DNA from: Botryllus schlosseri
Lineage: Eukaryota
Direction: 5' to 3'
Assembly (NCBI GenBank): GCA_051294905.1
Contig: CM119372.1
Coordinates: forward strand, 37,016,001 to 37,080,000
DNA: 64,000 nt
Shown here: positions 53,157-64,000 of the stretch, in pieces
Layout of the letters: the number at the start of each line of letters is the position of its first letter
Numbering within the stretch: the first letter of the stretch is position 1
Translations under genes and position numbers: made by a program
Notes under the pieces: generated by a model
What the model saw: only the letters and a program-made list of their open reading frames with translations
What the model was told of the DNA's origin: nothing
Database searches by the model: none

Positions 53157-55707
53157 TAGGGTTGTCCAAAATTTGGAAAATCTTAAAAATACCCCGTGAT
53201 TGTGTCTCATTCCATAGATTATTGATAAAAAATAACAATGAGCCTGAAAGAAGCTCACGGGAAAGCCGTCAAGATTTCGGCCAAAGCGTTTGAAAGTAGC
53301 TGCCCAAGAATGGGCGTGCCACCGACCATAGAACGGCGAGAAGACTAGTAATCAAATAACCACGGCCCTTGATTGGCTAATTGGCTATGCTTCAATGATC
53401 ACCACAGCAACAGCTTTTTGATTATGTGCTCAAGGAGTCTGCTAACGGTGGGATTCTGAAATCGCGTTCTTGGTAGGTTGGCAGATGATGATTTAAGATT
53501 AATTCAGGACTTGTTAAGGTACGAAATACATGATGAACAATCAACAGCTGCTTCACAGAAACTTCTACAGCATGACTGCTTTATTGGAAGGAAACGGCTG
53601 TAGCCTACATGCCGTGTTTTCATCGAGAGAAAGCAAAGGCGCTTATGCAAGCGGTAAACGAATTCCCCGTTTGGAAAGGATCCATCATCAGTGAACACAA
53701 ATATAAAGCTTAACAATGACACGATACCGTAATTTGTGTGATCTTATTAGGCTCAAGCTGTAATATATAGGTGAGGTTTTGAATGATATTGGAATCGGCT
53801 GAATCAGCGGGTTATGCTTGGCACTCATCAGATGCTTACAGTAAATTGAATTCACTTGTAAGTGTTGCTAAAGTCCCTAATGATAACGCACACTCGCACA
53901 GGCTATGCCCAATGTGGTATGTCAAAGTCCCTATTGATCCCGCAGAAAATAGGTGTAAAGATAATCACAGACTATACTGCATAGTATCCAGCATAGTTTG
54001 GACATGATATCCAGCATTGTGCTTACTTTACACCTCTTTTCTGCAGCATCATTAAGGACTTTGACAACACTTACATGTGAATTCAATTTGCTGTGAGTAT
54101 AACTGCCAAGCACAACCGGCTGATTCAGTCAATCCCTAGAGCAGTGGTCGGGAACCTATGGCTCGCGAGCCATATATGGCTCTTTTGGGTATAAGCTATG
54201 GCTCTTTGCCAAATGTTTATTTTTGTACTGAATTGATCAATATTGCAGCGACTTGTAGGTAAATTTCATCACGGCCAAAATAATTATTCTCGTGGCAGTA
54301 TAAACATGTCTTGAGAGGTAAAGACAATGCTGTCTTCATGTTTAGGGGATCGGACCCCCTCTTTTCAGAATCATCAGATTTATGTTACTGTCACGTCGGC
54401 GGCCAATATCCGTCGCGAATTCTATGTACCCAACTCGAAATCTTGAATTGTGCGATATGTTGATTAATCAAAGAGCATATAGCAGACATGGCGACGCTCA
54501 TTTCAAAACGCAGTTTTCAAATACACATTATCTTTCTGATCTACGGCGCGAAATGAACTGTTGTGGATTTGACATTCACAATTACAAACTCGAATTACAA
54601 ACAACGCCGTAGCTATCCACGTTCTAGATTGGTAAGTATAACTCTGTTTAGTACCGGCAATAAATTGCATGCGCGTGGCGCAACGTTATGTTACTGCCGA
54701 ATACTTTGAGAATAGAGAGGTCAATAAGTATTTAGATTTTCGGAATCAGTGTGACAGTCACACTCGATTAATATCAGTTACAATAAATTATAAGCTACTT
54801 ACGGTGAATCGCGTTATTAATGGTGAGGCTTGGCCCGTCTGTGCCTTACCTCTCGTTTCGAGCTGTATTTTCGAACAGTAAATACCAGTTTTTACAGAGA
54901 AAATATGGCACACACGAGGAATCCCATAGTGAGTTCGAATGAGTGCTACCATGACGTCACGAATTTTCAATTATGACGTAACAGTTGATTAACATGTATG
55001 GCTCTTTGGGAGTTGAGATAGAAAAAATAGGGCCAATATGGCTCTTCGGACAAAAAAGGTTCCCGACCACTGCCCTAGAGCATTCAAAATATCAACTATA
55101 TACTACAACTAGAGTCCAATAAGCTCACACAAAGTATAGTGTCATGGTCAAGCTTTATATTTGTATTCACTGATGATGGATCCCTTCTGAAACGGGGAAT
55201 TCGTTCACTACTTGCATAAGCGTCTCTGCTTTCCCTCGATGAAAACACTGCATGTAGGCTACAGCCGTTTCCTTCACAATAAAGCAGTCATGCTGTAGAA
55301 GTTTTTGTGAAGCAGCTGTTGATTGTTCATCATGTATTTCGTACCTTAACATGTCCTGAATTAATCTTAAATCATCATCTGCCAACCTACCAACAACGCG
55401 ATTTCAGAATCCCCGCCGGTAGCAGACCCCTTGAGCACATAATCAGCAAGTTGTTGCTGTGGTGATCATTGAAGCATAGCCAATTAGCCAATCAGGAGCC
55501 GTGGTTATTTGATTACTAGTCTTCTCGCCGTTCTATGGTCGGTGGCACGCCCATTCCTGGGCAGCTACTTTAAAACGCTTTGGCCGAAATCTTAACGGCT
55601 TTCCCGTGAGCTTCTTTTGGGCTCATTGTTATTTTTTATCAATAATCTATGGAATGAGACACAATCACGGGGTATTTTTAAGATTTTCCAAATTTTGGAC
55701 AACCCTA
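53157..55707. mobile_element. hATm-like foldback element with ~0.7-kb inverted arms, inserted in the Gypsy RT
   Basis: TIR TAGGGTTGTCCAAAATTTGG.. extends as long inverted arms. Perfect TSD ATGGTCAT. Both arms encode transposase-like remnants (..KVLNDAAEKR / ..KVPNDNA). Confidence 0.92.
54142..55072. mobile_element. hAT MITE nested in the foldback element
   Basis: TIR CAGTGGTCGGGAACC / GGTTCCCGACCACTG. Perfect TSD CCCTAGAG. ATGGCTC arrays. Confidence 0.93.
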
Positions 55708-57993
55708 ATGGTCATTGACTTCTCTCAGACGGTCAACAGGTATACCTTACTAGACGCCTATCCTTTACCAAGGATCGATCACCAAGTCAACAACATCGCC
55801 CGTTTCAAAGTTTTCAGTACGTTAGATCTGAAGTCCGCGTATTATCAAGTGGCACTATCACCTGATGATCGTCCGTATACGGCATTCGAAGCCGCTGGCA
55901 ATCTTTACCAATACCGTCGATTACCATTTGGAGTCACCAACGGAGTTTCGGCATTTCAAAGAATAATAGACAACGTCATAAAAGACAACAAGCTCACCGG
56001 CACCTAAGCTTATCTGGATAATATTACTGTTTGCGGTATGGATAAGGACGACCACGATCGAAATCTCGACGCGTTTCTCAATGCCGCTCAGCGATTCAGC
56101 CTCACTTTCAATCATTCGAAGTCGATCATCCGTTCTACGGAAATAGACTTGCTGGGTTATCGCGTGTCGCATGGCGTGATCAAACCGGACCCATAAAGAC
56201 TAAACCCGTTAATCGATTTATCGCCGCCACGCAACAACCCAGAACTAAAACGAGTGTGTGGCATGTTTGCCTACTATGCCAAATGGTTGCCCATCTTTTC
56301 CGACAAAATCCGTCCTTTGTATTCAGTCGAAAAATTTCCGCTTTCCGAAAATGCATCTATCGCATTTAACGATTTAAAACGCGAGTTAGTTGACGCGTCT
56401 CTTGGTAGGATCGACGACACAGGTCCGTTCACAATAGAGTGTGATGCTTCTACTGCAGCCATTGCAGCTATCCTTAGTCAAAACGGTCGACCGGTCGCGT
56501 TCATGTCAAAAGCACTATCGCCAAGTGAAATACGCTACTCCTCTGTTGAGAAAGAAGCGTCCTCAATTATCGCGGCAGTTCGTAAATGGGCTCATTTTTT
56601 ACATGGCTGACATTTTACTCTTGTTACTGACCAGAGATCTGTCGCGTTCATGTTTGACGGCAAATCTCAAGGTAAAATCAAAAATACCAAAATCCAGCTG
56701 TGGCGTGTCGAACTTGGTCAATTTTCGTATGATATCGTACACAAACCGGGGGCACTGAATGTTGCGGCTGATATGTTTTCGCGGACCCCATCTTCGTATT
56801 GCGCATCGATTTCGCCCTGTGAGTTGGGTTCTAATCTAAGTCGCATACACGACACTCAGGGTCATCCAGGAGTCACAAGGCTGCATCATTTCGTTCGTTC
56901 GAAAAATCTCTCGTTCTCGCTAAATGACGTTCGTGAGACCTGCGCTCGTTGCCGCATTTGTGCTCAAATCAAACCAAATTTTCACATGTGCAATCCGCAA
57001 GTGCTTGTGAAAGCAACGAAACCTGGGGAAAGAATCATCGTAGACTTCAAAGGGCCTTTGAAATCTAACAAATCCCCTTTCATATTCGTTGTCATAGACG
57101 AATATAGTCGTTTTCCGTTCGCCTTTCCATGTCGCAACACTTCCGCGCTAACCGTCATTTCGTGTTTGTCGACACTATTCGCTGTTTTTGGACTTCCGGG
57201 ATACGTACACAGTGACCGAGGCACCGCTTTCGTGTCCAAGGAAGTCAAGGATTATTTACATTCTCGCGGGGTTGCAACTAGCTTCACTGCGCCTTACCAT
57301 CCAACAGGAAATTCGCAGTGCGAACGCCTTTATCAAACATTATGGCGAACTATCAAACTCATTTTGAAATCAACCGGAGTCTCAAAATCATGTTGGGCTG
57401 ACGCCCTTCCTCATGCGCAACATTCAGTTCGATCGCTACTTTGCACGTCAACTAATTCAACACCACATGACCGATTTTTTCCTCTCCAAGAAAAAGTATA
57501 GTGGGGAATAGCGTGCCATCCTGGCTATTGACTCCTGGGCCAGTTTTCTTACGCAAATTCGTCAGAAACAAGGGCGACGAACTATGTTCTGAGGTCGAAC
57601 TTCTTGAAGCCAACCCGACTTACGCACGTGTTCGTTTTCCTAACGGCCCCGAGTCCAACGTCTCACTCAACGATTTGGCCCGTTTTCCTACTGGAGAAGA
57701 AACACCGTCGACTAATCCTGAAACGAAACAAGCTGAACCTTGTTCTGTTGATATCGATGGCCACGAGCCAAGTCGCGAAGTTTCTAACGTTGAGTTGAAG
57801 TCATCTGATGAAGAGCCTCAAGAATCTAACCATTCAGAGGATGTACCAGATGATTCGAGTAGAAATCTAGACGTCGAGCTTCGGCGTTCAACTAGAGTTA
57901 GGCGCCAGCCGGATCGGTATGGTAATTTTGTTAGTCATTGATGTTTTTGTGTCATTTTTATATGTGAATTTACAAAATGCAAGGGAGGTGGAA

Positions 57994-58196
57994 TGTGGTG
58001 ATCCGCAATTAGGCAATAATTACTTTCATCTGATTAGTTACGTTGTACAGTACAGTGTCGCCTTATCGTTACCATGTCATTCTATTCTCTTCTGTTCTGC
58101 TGTCAGTTGTGTTCTATGTTGCTTAAAGCCACATTGGTTACCTTTGCTTTAATAAAGCTTCAGTTAGTTATTCAACGCAATAGTCAGTTTACGACA
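57994..58196 (+). repeat. 3' LTR
   Basis: 200/203 identical to the 5' LTR. Preceded by a polypurine tract. Confidence 0.97.
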
Positions 58197-59585
58197 AAGT
58201 GTTACTAATCAGGTCTTTGGTCTGACCCGGCCGGGGATCGAACCCACGACCTACCGATCAAGAAGCCGGACGCTTCACCATTACGCCATCTTGTCGGTGT
58301 CAATAACCAAATGAAAATTGTTCATGAGTTTTTGTAAGATATAAAAATGAAATTTGGCTTGGATAAATGCTCAAAACTTACCATACGACGCGGAAGAGGA
58401 CCAGCACAGGCGATATGAACTTCAGAATGGGTGAAACCATAACATAATTGGATGCTGAAGGTCATTATAAATATCTAGGGATCTGTGAAAGCGACAACAA
58501 TAAACATGCTGCAATGAAATCATGTCTAAAAAAAGAATACATTAGCAAGCTCAAATCCGTCCTCAAAACTGAACTCAATTCCTAAAACAAAATCAATGCC
58601 ATAAACAGTCTTGCAGTGCCAGTCTTTGGTGTGGTGAACTGGCGCGAATATGAAATTAAAAAATTGGACACAAAGACGAGAACACTGATGACAATGCACC
58701 ACATGCATCACCCAAAATCTGATACACGAAGACTGTACATCTCCAGAAAAAAGGTGGTCCAGGACTACAAGAAATTAACAAACTTTCAAAACAGAAATCA
58801 TCGGCTTGTCACAATACATCAACAACAGCGATAACATTTACTGCAAACTCATTGCACAGTTAGACAAACAGCGCAAAACAAAATCTCTGAGCTATCGTCA
58901 CGACAAGTACGTCAGAGAAGTCAACATGGAAACAGCTAACCTGTACACTGCTGAAAACACTGAGGTTGCCGAACTCACAACAACAGCAAAAGCAGCACGA
59001 GTTCAACACAAAAATGCAACGCTCAAAATGAGAGAAACGAGATGGGAGTCGATGCCTCATCAGTCTTCATGGACATTGGACAGCACTAGAAGTTAACTTC
59101 ACAGCCCCATGTAGACGGGCTTTCATGGACCCGGCTCTCCAGCTCTGGCCTGAAACCGGCAAGCGAAGTATTCATTTTCGCAGCACAAGACCAATCGCTC
59201 CCTACAAAATACTATCGCAAAAGAATTCTGAAGCAAAACACGGACGGCAAATGCAGAATGTGCCACAACCAAAATGGAACTTTAGCTCATCTCATGTCCG
59301 GCTGTGGTGCACTTGCAGCTACCGAATACACATGGAGACACAATAGAATTGGTCACTACATTCATCTTGAATTATGCAAACATATTAACAGCAACACTTC
59401 AACAAAAAATTAGTATGATTACAGCCCAGCACCAGTGACAAAAAACGACCAAGTAAAAATTCTGTGGGATGTACCAGTTATAACTGACCGCGAAATCAGG
59501 AGCAACCTCAGGGATATGATAATCAAACTAAAAAAGAAAATAGAATGCTTGTTCATTGAACTGGCTGTCCATCTGATCACAATCT

Positions 59586-59851
59586 ACCGAGCGAGATACT
59601 GTAATGGCTGTGCGTCCGGCTTCTCGATCGGTTGGTCGTGGGTTCGATCCCCGGCCGGGTCAGACCAAAGACTCGAAAACTGGTATCCGCGGCTATCCTG
59701 CTAGGCGCTCGGCAATCGCGAATAGCATGGAGGAGAAAAAAGCTGGGGCTACAGACTAGATGACCTTACTAAAAAGGCCGTATCGCATCTCCGTCGTCAA
59801 ATCATCTCGTTGGTGCAGGCGAAAAAGAATACCATCTCTCTCTCTCTCTCT
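59586..59851 (+). mobile_element. tRNA-derived SINE with a (TC)n tail, inserted in the LINE endonuclease region
   Basis: ACCGAG..GTAATGG, B box GGTTCGATCCC, GGGTCAGACCAAAGAC..CTGGTATCC..CCTGCTAGGCGCTC core, (TC)n end. Confidence 0.85.
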
Positions 59852-61508
59852 ACTGCAAAAACAATCGAAATACGCAGAGCTCAAAATGGGATGTGAGAAA
59901 ATGTGGCGATGCAAAGAATCATTGTACCGATAGTCATTGACGCTACAGGTGTCGTAAGCAAAAAACTCATGAGACATATCCAACAGATTCCGGGTAACGT
60001 TCGATTCGACATGATCCAAAAAATGATCCAAAAGATTGGGCACTGTGCGTATTCTTCGGAATGCCTTGAATGCTGCACTAAAATTACATTTGTGGATCAC
60101 AGCGTAATTTCGATTCTTCATTTTCAATCATCTCTACCTCTGCTCTGTATCTGTAAACCTTGCTAACTCTTCATCTACTGCAATTCTGTAATCTGACCTC
60201 TTCATGTATTGCATAGGAATAACAATTTGACTATATTACTGAAATTTTAAAAATATACTCCAGTCTCGCCATTTTCCTTTGGGGGCAGGTTCCTCCCCGG
60301 ATTATGCGTGCATTTACCAGTTTTACTGTGAATAAAGAATATAATAAAAATGATGTTCACTGCTGAAGAGAGCCAGTCGAAAAGCTTCCAGGGGAATAAA
60401 TTTGGCAATATGAACGTATTGTTTGCTGCAAAATTTCACTTTCGGGGCAAATACTCTGTGCGGGCCGCTCAAAATCCTGTCGCGGCTCAGATCCGGCCCG
60501 CGGGCCGTATGTTGCCTGCTCCTTGCCTGAGAGCGAAAGTAGGCCCTGATAAATTTTGACATCTCCGGACTCATATGAAGCTTACCGGCCTGGTGTCAAA
60601 AGGCCAATGAATGAACCATTGATGCCGTCAGACCACGAATACTGAACAGCAACTACATTACAATCACCTCCAGACGCAAATGTGACGCAATAATCTGGTA
60701 AGGGGCCGTTCTGATAACGCATGTCTAGTTTGATTAATTAGAAGTCGAGTCGGAAGTCAAATTTTAATTTACTCGTGAAAAGTTTCCATGCTCTAATTTC
60801 AATTATAATCTAATTTCCAGTTTTCATGAACATACTACTGGAAAACTGTATTGTGCTAAACGAGTCAAGCTTAGCGTACAGAAATTTGTCTTTTTCATTA
60901 TTATGAGGATGAATTCTTATTCGACATGGACCAAACCTGATTTTTGTCCTAATCCTTACTAAATCGGTATTTAATCGACCTTTCAAACAGTATCACTAAT
61001 TTTGATTTAATTTGGAAAAGCTTAAAAAATTTCAATTGCTTCGACCTCAAATTCGGTGAATCAATTGAATCAATGAAATATGCAAGCTACGACTTGCCGA
61101 TCCGCCGTTTTGCAAGTCTTTCACGGCATTTTCTCTCGCAGAGGCAATAACCAGCTTCTGCTTGTTATTGTAATATATTTTCACAATTATTCTGCTCGCC
61201 CATTCTAAAGCTTGATCTTGCTGACTACATTGTGCGAAACTTAAAAGGAATGCCCAAAACGCTGAAAAACATATTTGGCAGCTTCTCTCACTGAGACTTG
61301 AGGGTGAGACCAGAAGAGAGTATCAAAACTAAACTAGTTATCAGGAGTAACATGATTTTAATCTTGTTAGTAAACAATAAAATTAATAGACTGTGCTGAT
61401 GGTGTTCTTCCTCTTCTGTATGGCATTAGTAAAAGTGCAATATTGGTGTATCTCATGTATTTGTTTGCAACCCATCGTAAGGCTGTATGTAGACTAGGCT
61501 AGGCTACA

Positions 61509-61980
61509 ATACGGTTGCCATACGTCCAGCATTTCACGGAGATATCCGGAATTTCACGGTTCAAACTGCATCCGGGAGAAAAAGCTGAAATATGTCCAAA
61601 TGTCTGGAATTTTGAAGGCTTGAAGGAAGCTGAAATTTTTTTCGAAAATCAACATAAACAGTATCTTATTTTGGGAAGATTTATGGCACTCGAAATTTTT
61701 TCGCGCTGCGCTGTGTTTTTACTAGTTTTATTATGAGTATCCTTGTCCAGAGTTGGCTTAAGTGTTGTTTTGGTCCTGGCTACAACATACGATCACATAA
61801 AAATCAAAATAAACAATATCTTATTTTGGAGAAGATTTATGGCACTCGAAATTTTTTTCGCGCTGCGCGCAATTTCGTGTCGCCTATACTCGTTTTTTAC
61901 TAGTTTTACTATGAGTACGCTTGTCCAGAGTTGGCTTAAGTGTTGTTTCGGTCCTGGATACAACATACGATCACATATCT
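61509..61980. mobile_element. hAT-like left end with an internal ~150-bp tandem duplication
   Basis: TACGGTTGCCATACGTCC resembles 20022 TAAGGTTGCCATACGTCC. ~61650-61800 is repeated at ~61805-61976. Confidence 0.55.
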
Positions 61981-63301
61981 GCACCGATCTAACAGTAAAG
62001 CAGGGCTATCAGACAATTTCATCCGACCCGTGAAGAAGTCTGTTGCAGATCAAATGATAATACCGACCCTAGCAATCACCAGAGCTCAAATTCTAGATAG
62101 CCCAATAGCCTTGTTTATTCACGACCTATGTTTAAAAAAACAATTCCTGCACAAATTCGATGCAGGCACACATTGCTAGTGGGAAGTCATATCTTCATAC
62201 CTTATTTTAAAACCCGCTAGGGGCGCAAAAGAGTGGTTCAAGAAAATATAGTAACCCTAGAGTACAATAACCAGGGTTGCCATCCACATGGATAAAAGGA
62301 TAGATAATACCACCTGTTCAGTTCATTGCCTTTTTGATAGGCTGATGACTTTCGTCCATAGGTAATGACGGTCAAGAATAAAAACAAATGTTAGACAGAA
62401 CAATAAAGTTTCTTAGACATCGCCTTTCAAAATAAGGAGAATCTTAGGCAGCCGTCACAATAACACTAGGCTTAATCAGTTGATCACTTCAGTTTAAGAA
62501 TAGACGAAGCATGTGGATTATGTCACATCTAATTCAATAGCAACGATGAATCTCGCAAATGGATTCTCCGTTTCAAGCGCTCAATTTGCGCCGGAAATAT
62601 TGCCTACTGAATGCGCACATTAACTTGATACTGAATTGGAATTACCTCATTACGGAAGTGGAGTTTTGCCGACTATACTGCAATACAGAGCATTTCCATC
62701 ATGAGCAATATTTCATTAGTTGCATCAATCGAAGCCGCCTGAAATATAATTAGTCAACATCGATTCCCATATAGCCGAGGGTTAATTTGCTGTATAGAGT
62801 CCAATGGAAGAAAGCAATTCCACTCGCAAAAATTCACTTTTTTGCTCGCTGTACGCATACCTGGATGCGGAAGTAGCTAAATTTATCGTATCAAAGGAAA
62901 ATACGACAATTCGACATTTACCACCACGACTCATTTTTATTAGCGTAAAAGCGCCTGTGGCAGGGTATGATGTCGCGAAAGCATATTTAAGCTTACTGTG
63001 CACGTGCGCTACGAATATGACCATCACATCCCGTTGTTTTAGGGTTGCTAGAACTCATCAGATGTCTGGGGCATATTTACAATCCTAAACCGCTAACTAC
63101 AAATTGTTCCTGAGTAATCTATTTGAAGCTTTTCCCGCGTATGTGTCACTAAGCTTTATGACATCAGTAACGCAAATCCGTGTTTGAACTCTATTCATCA
63201 CTCTATTATCCCACTAGTAGAATGACATTTATATACATGGGATATTTTGGGCATGCCCAGTAAGATTCAATGTTTCCTAGGGCTGTGTTTATGATCTAAG
63301 G

Positions 63302-64000
63302 CAGTGTTTTTCAACTTTTTTTGAGCTCCATTCGCAATTTTGTTGGACAATCAATTTCATTCGCACAAATCAATTGAAAATTGTTATACAAAAATAAGAT
63401 GAATATACTTAATGATATTTTGCTCAGATGTGCAACAAAATTGTCTGCTATAGCTTAGGGCCTTAGGCCATCCAGGGTCTCATTAATGAGGCAACTCTTT
63501 TCCCTCTTTTAAACTATTTCACTGACACCCTTCTCGGCCAAACAGATTTTTCGGTTTTATACAAAAACGTCTACTAGTGCTTGGATGGCCAGGACTTCAG
63601 AACGGTTCTGCACAACTATTCAAAATACAGCATATTTTCTGCGAGTGAAAAATGCATGCTTGCTAACAGAAGTCGTTTCTGAGAGATGAAACAAAGGTCT
63701 CGGAGGCTCCAGTGTGTCTAGAGCACTGGTTCCCAACCTTTTTGTCTGCATTCCCCACTTCAAATTTATTCCGAGCCTTCATTCCCCACCAAGACCGTAA
63801 CAGCCCCCCAGAACCCCCTCAGCCCCGCTGAGCCTGTACGCTTTTCCCCTGCAACTTATCAGATACATTGGGTCCACTATTAAGTGCGTTGCCTTACTCC
63901 GACTAAACGCGCGAAGCGCGAAAAATTTATATAATTCGTGTTTGAATCGGCCAATATGATCGGGAATTGCATATATTTTGCTATCACTTTTTTTGATACC
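63302..64000. mobile_element. Left ends of two hAT MITEs (63302 and ~63724) running off the window
   Basis: CAGTGTTTTTCAAC after ATCTAAGG, and CACTGGTTCCCAACC after TCTAGAG. Confidence 0.55.

Larger units (their letters stand above)
52942..57941 (+). pseudogene. pol: Gypsy pol: RT, RNase H and integrase (stops, frameshifts, 2.55-kb insertion)
   Basis: SSSPWRAQVLVV..KRMV|IDFSQTVNRYTLLDAYPLP, LDLKSAYYQ, LPFGVTN, YLDN. RNase H ECDAS..YSSVEKEA..TDQ. Integrase H..GH..C..C, VDFKGP, HSDRG, GNSQCER. Confidence 0.93.
51110..58196 (+). mobile_element. Full-length Ty3/Gypsy LTR retrotransposon (inactivated)
   Basis: 203-bp LTRs TG..CA at 51110-51312 and 57994-58196, with 3 mismatches. TSD CAGTG/AAGTG. 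PPT AAGGGAGGTGGAA at 57981-57993. Domain order gag-PR-RT-RH-IN. Confidence 0.97.
50863..58298 (-). mobile_element. tRNA-derived SINE split by the Gypsy element (parts 58298-58197 and 51109-50863)
   Basis: Head ACCGAC..TGGCGTAATGG (A box)..GGTTCGATCCC (B box)..GGGTCAGACCAAAGAC. Body CTGGTATCC..TTCCCTGCTTGGCGCTCA. (TCCTA)n tail. Related to the intact SINE at 59586. Confidence 0.85.
48640..60230 (+). mobile_element. Near-full-length, degenerate R4/Dong-like non-LTR retrotransposon (RT plus restriction-like endonuclease), split by insertions
   Basis: N-terminal RWSKEEYKEIMRCYF. RT motifs DYKKAFDSVPH, GLFQGDSISPLLF and HLLFKDDLKLYA, resuming at ~58300 (MKFGLDKC). C-terminal CCHC (CRMCH..HLMSGC..RHN) and KILWD..TDR..D..IELAV RLE region. 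Preceded by a TAA-rich tract. Confidence 0.88.
46340..60525. mobile_element. Probable old hAT element hosting the whole nested TE stack
   Basis: Left TIR CAGGGGCGGGCAAC. Degenerate right end GTTGCCTGCTCCTTG with GCGGGCC motifs. Only a 5/8 TSD match. Minus-strand hATC remnant (LLILFGST..EQ..STMNFNK) at ~46640-46740. Inverted repeat ~48500-48578 / ~60356-60433 brackets the LINE. Confidence 0.5.

Noticed and set aside
54355..54380. Hammerhead ribozyme core (CTGATGA..GAAA), also ~1355-1392 and ~55170
   Set aside because: The required stems I-III could not be formed.
58220..58298. Functional tRNA gene (also 59586-59660)
   Set aside because: A and B boxes are present, but there is no proper acceptor stem and the sequence continues into a SINE body and tail.

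Overview
AT-rich eukaryotic (animal, probably marine invertebrate) genomic DNA, densely packed with transposable elements. Host genes form a cluster of three spliced, signal-peptide-bearing DOMON-domain genes. Two are minus-strand paralogs from a local duplication (exon 1 at 2164-2313; exons at 21629-21778, 19470-19580 and 18680-18826). The third is a complete, divergently oriented plus-strand gene (40504-43150) encoding signal peptide, DOMON, a Ser/Thr-rich stalk and a hydrophobic tail. About 20 hAT-type MITEs or foldback elements are present, most delimited by TIRs and 8-bp TSDs. There is also a 5'-truncated CR1/L2-like LINE, two R4/Dong-like LINEs and two tRNA-derived SINEs. A full-length Ty3/Gypsy element (51110-58196) sits in a stack at least five insertions deep. 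It has no tRNA primer-binding site. Instead, a perfect 16-nt complement to its own LTR follows the 5' LTR, which suggests self-primed reverse transcription, and its RT motif reads YLDN. All calls were made by eye, without database searches.
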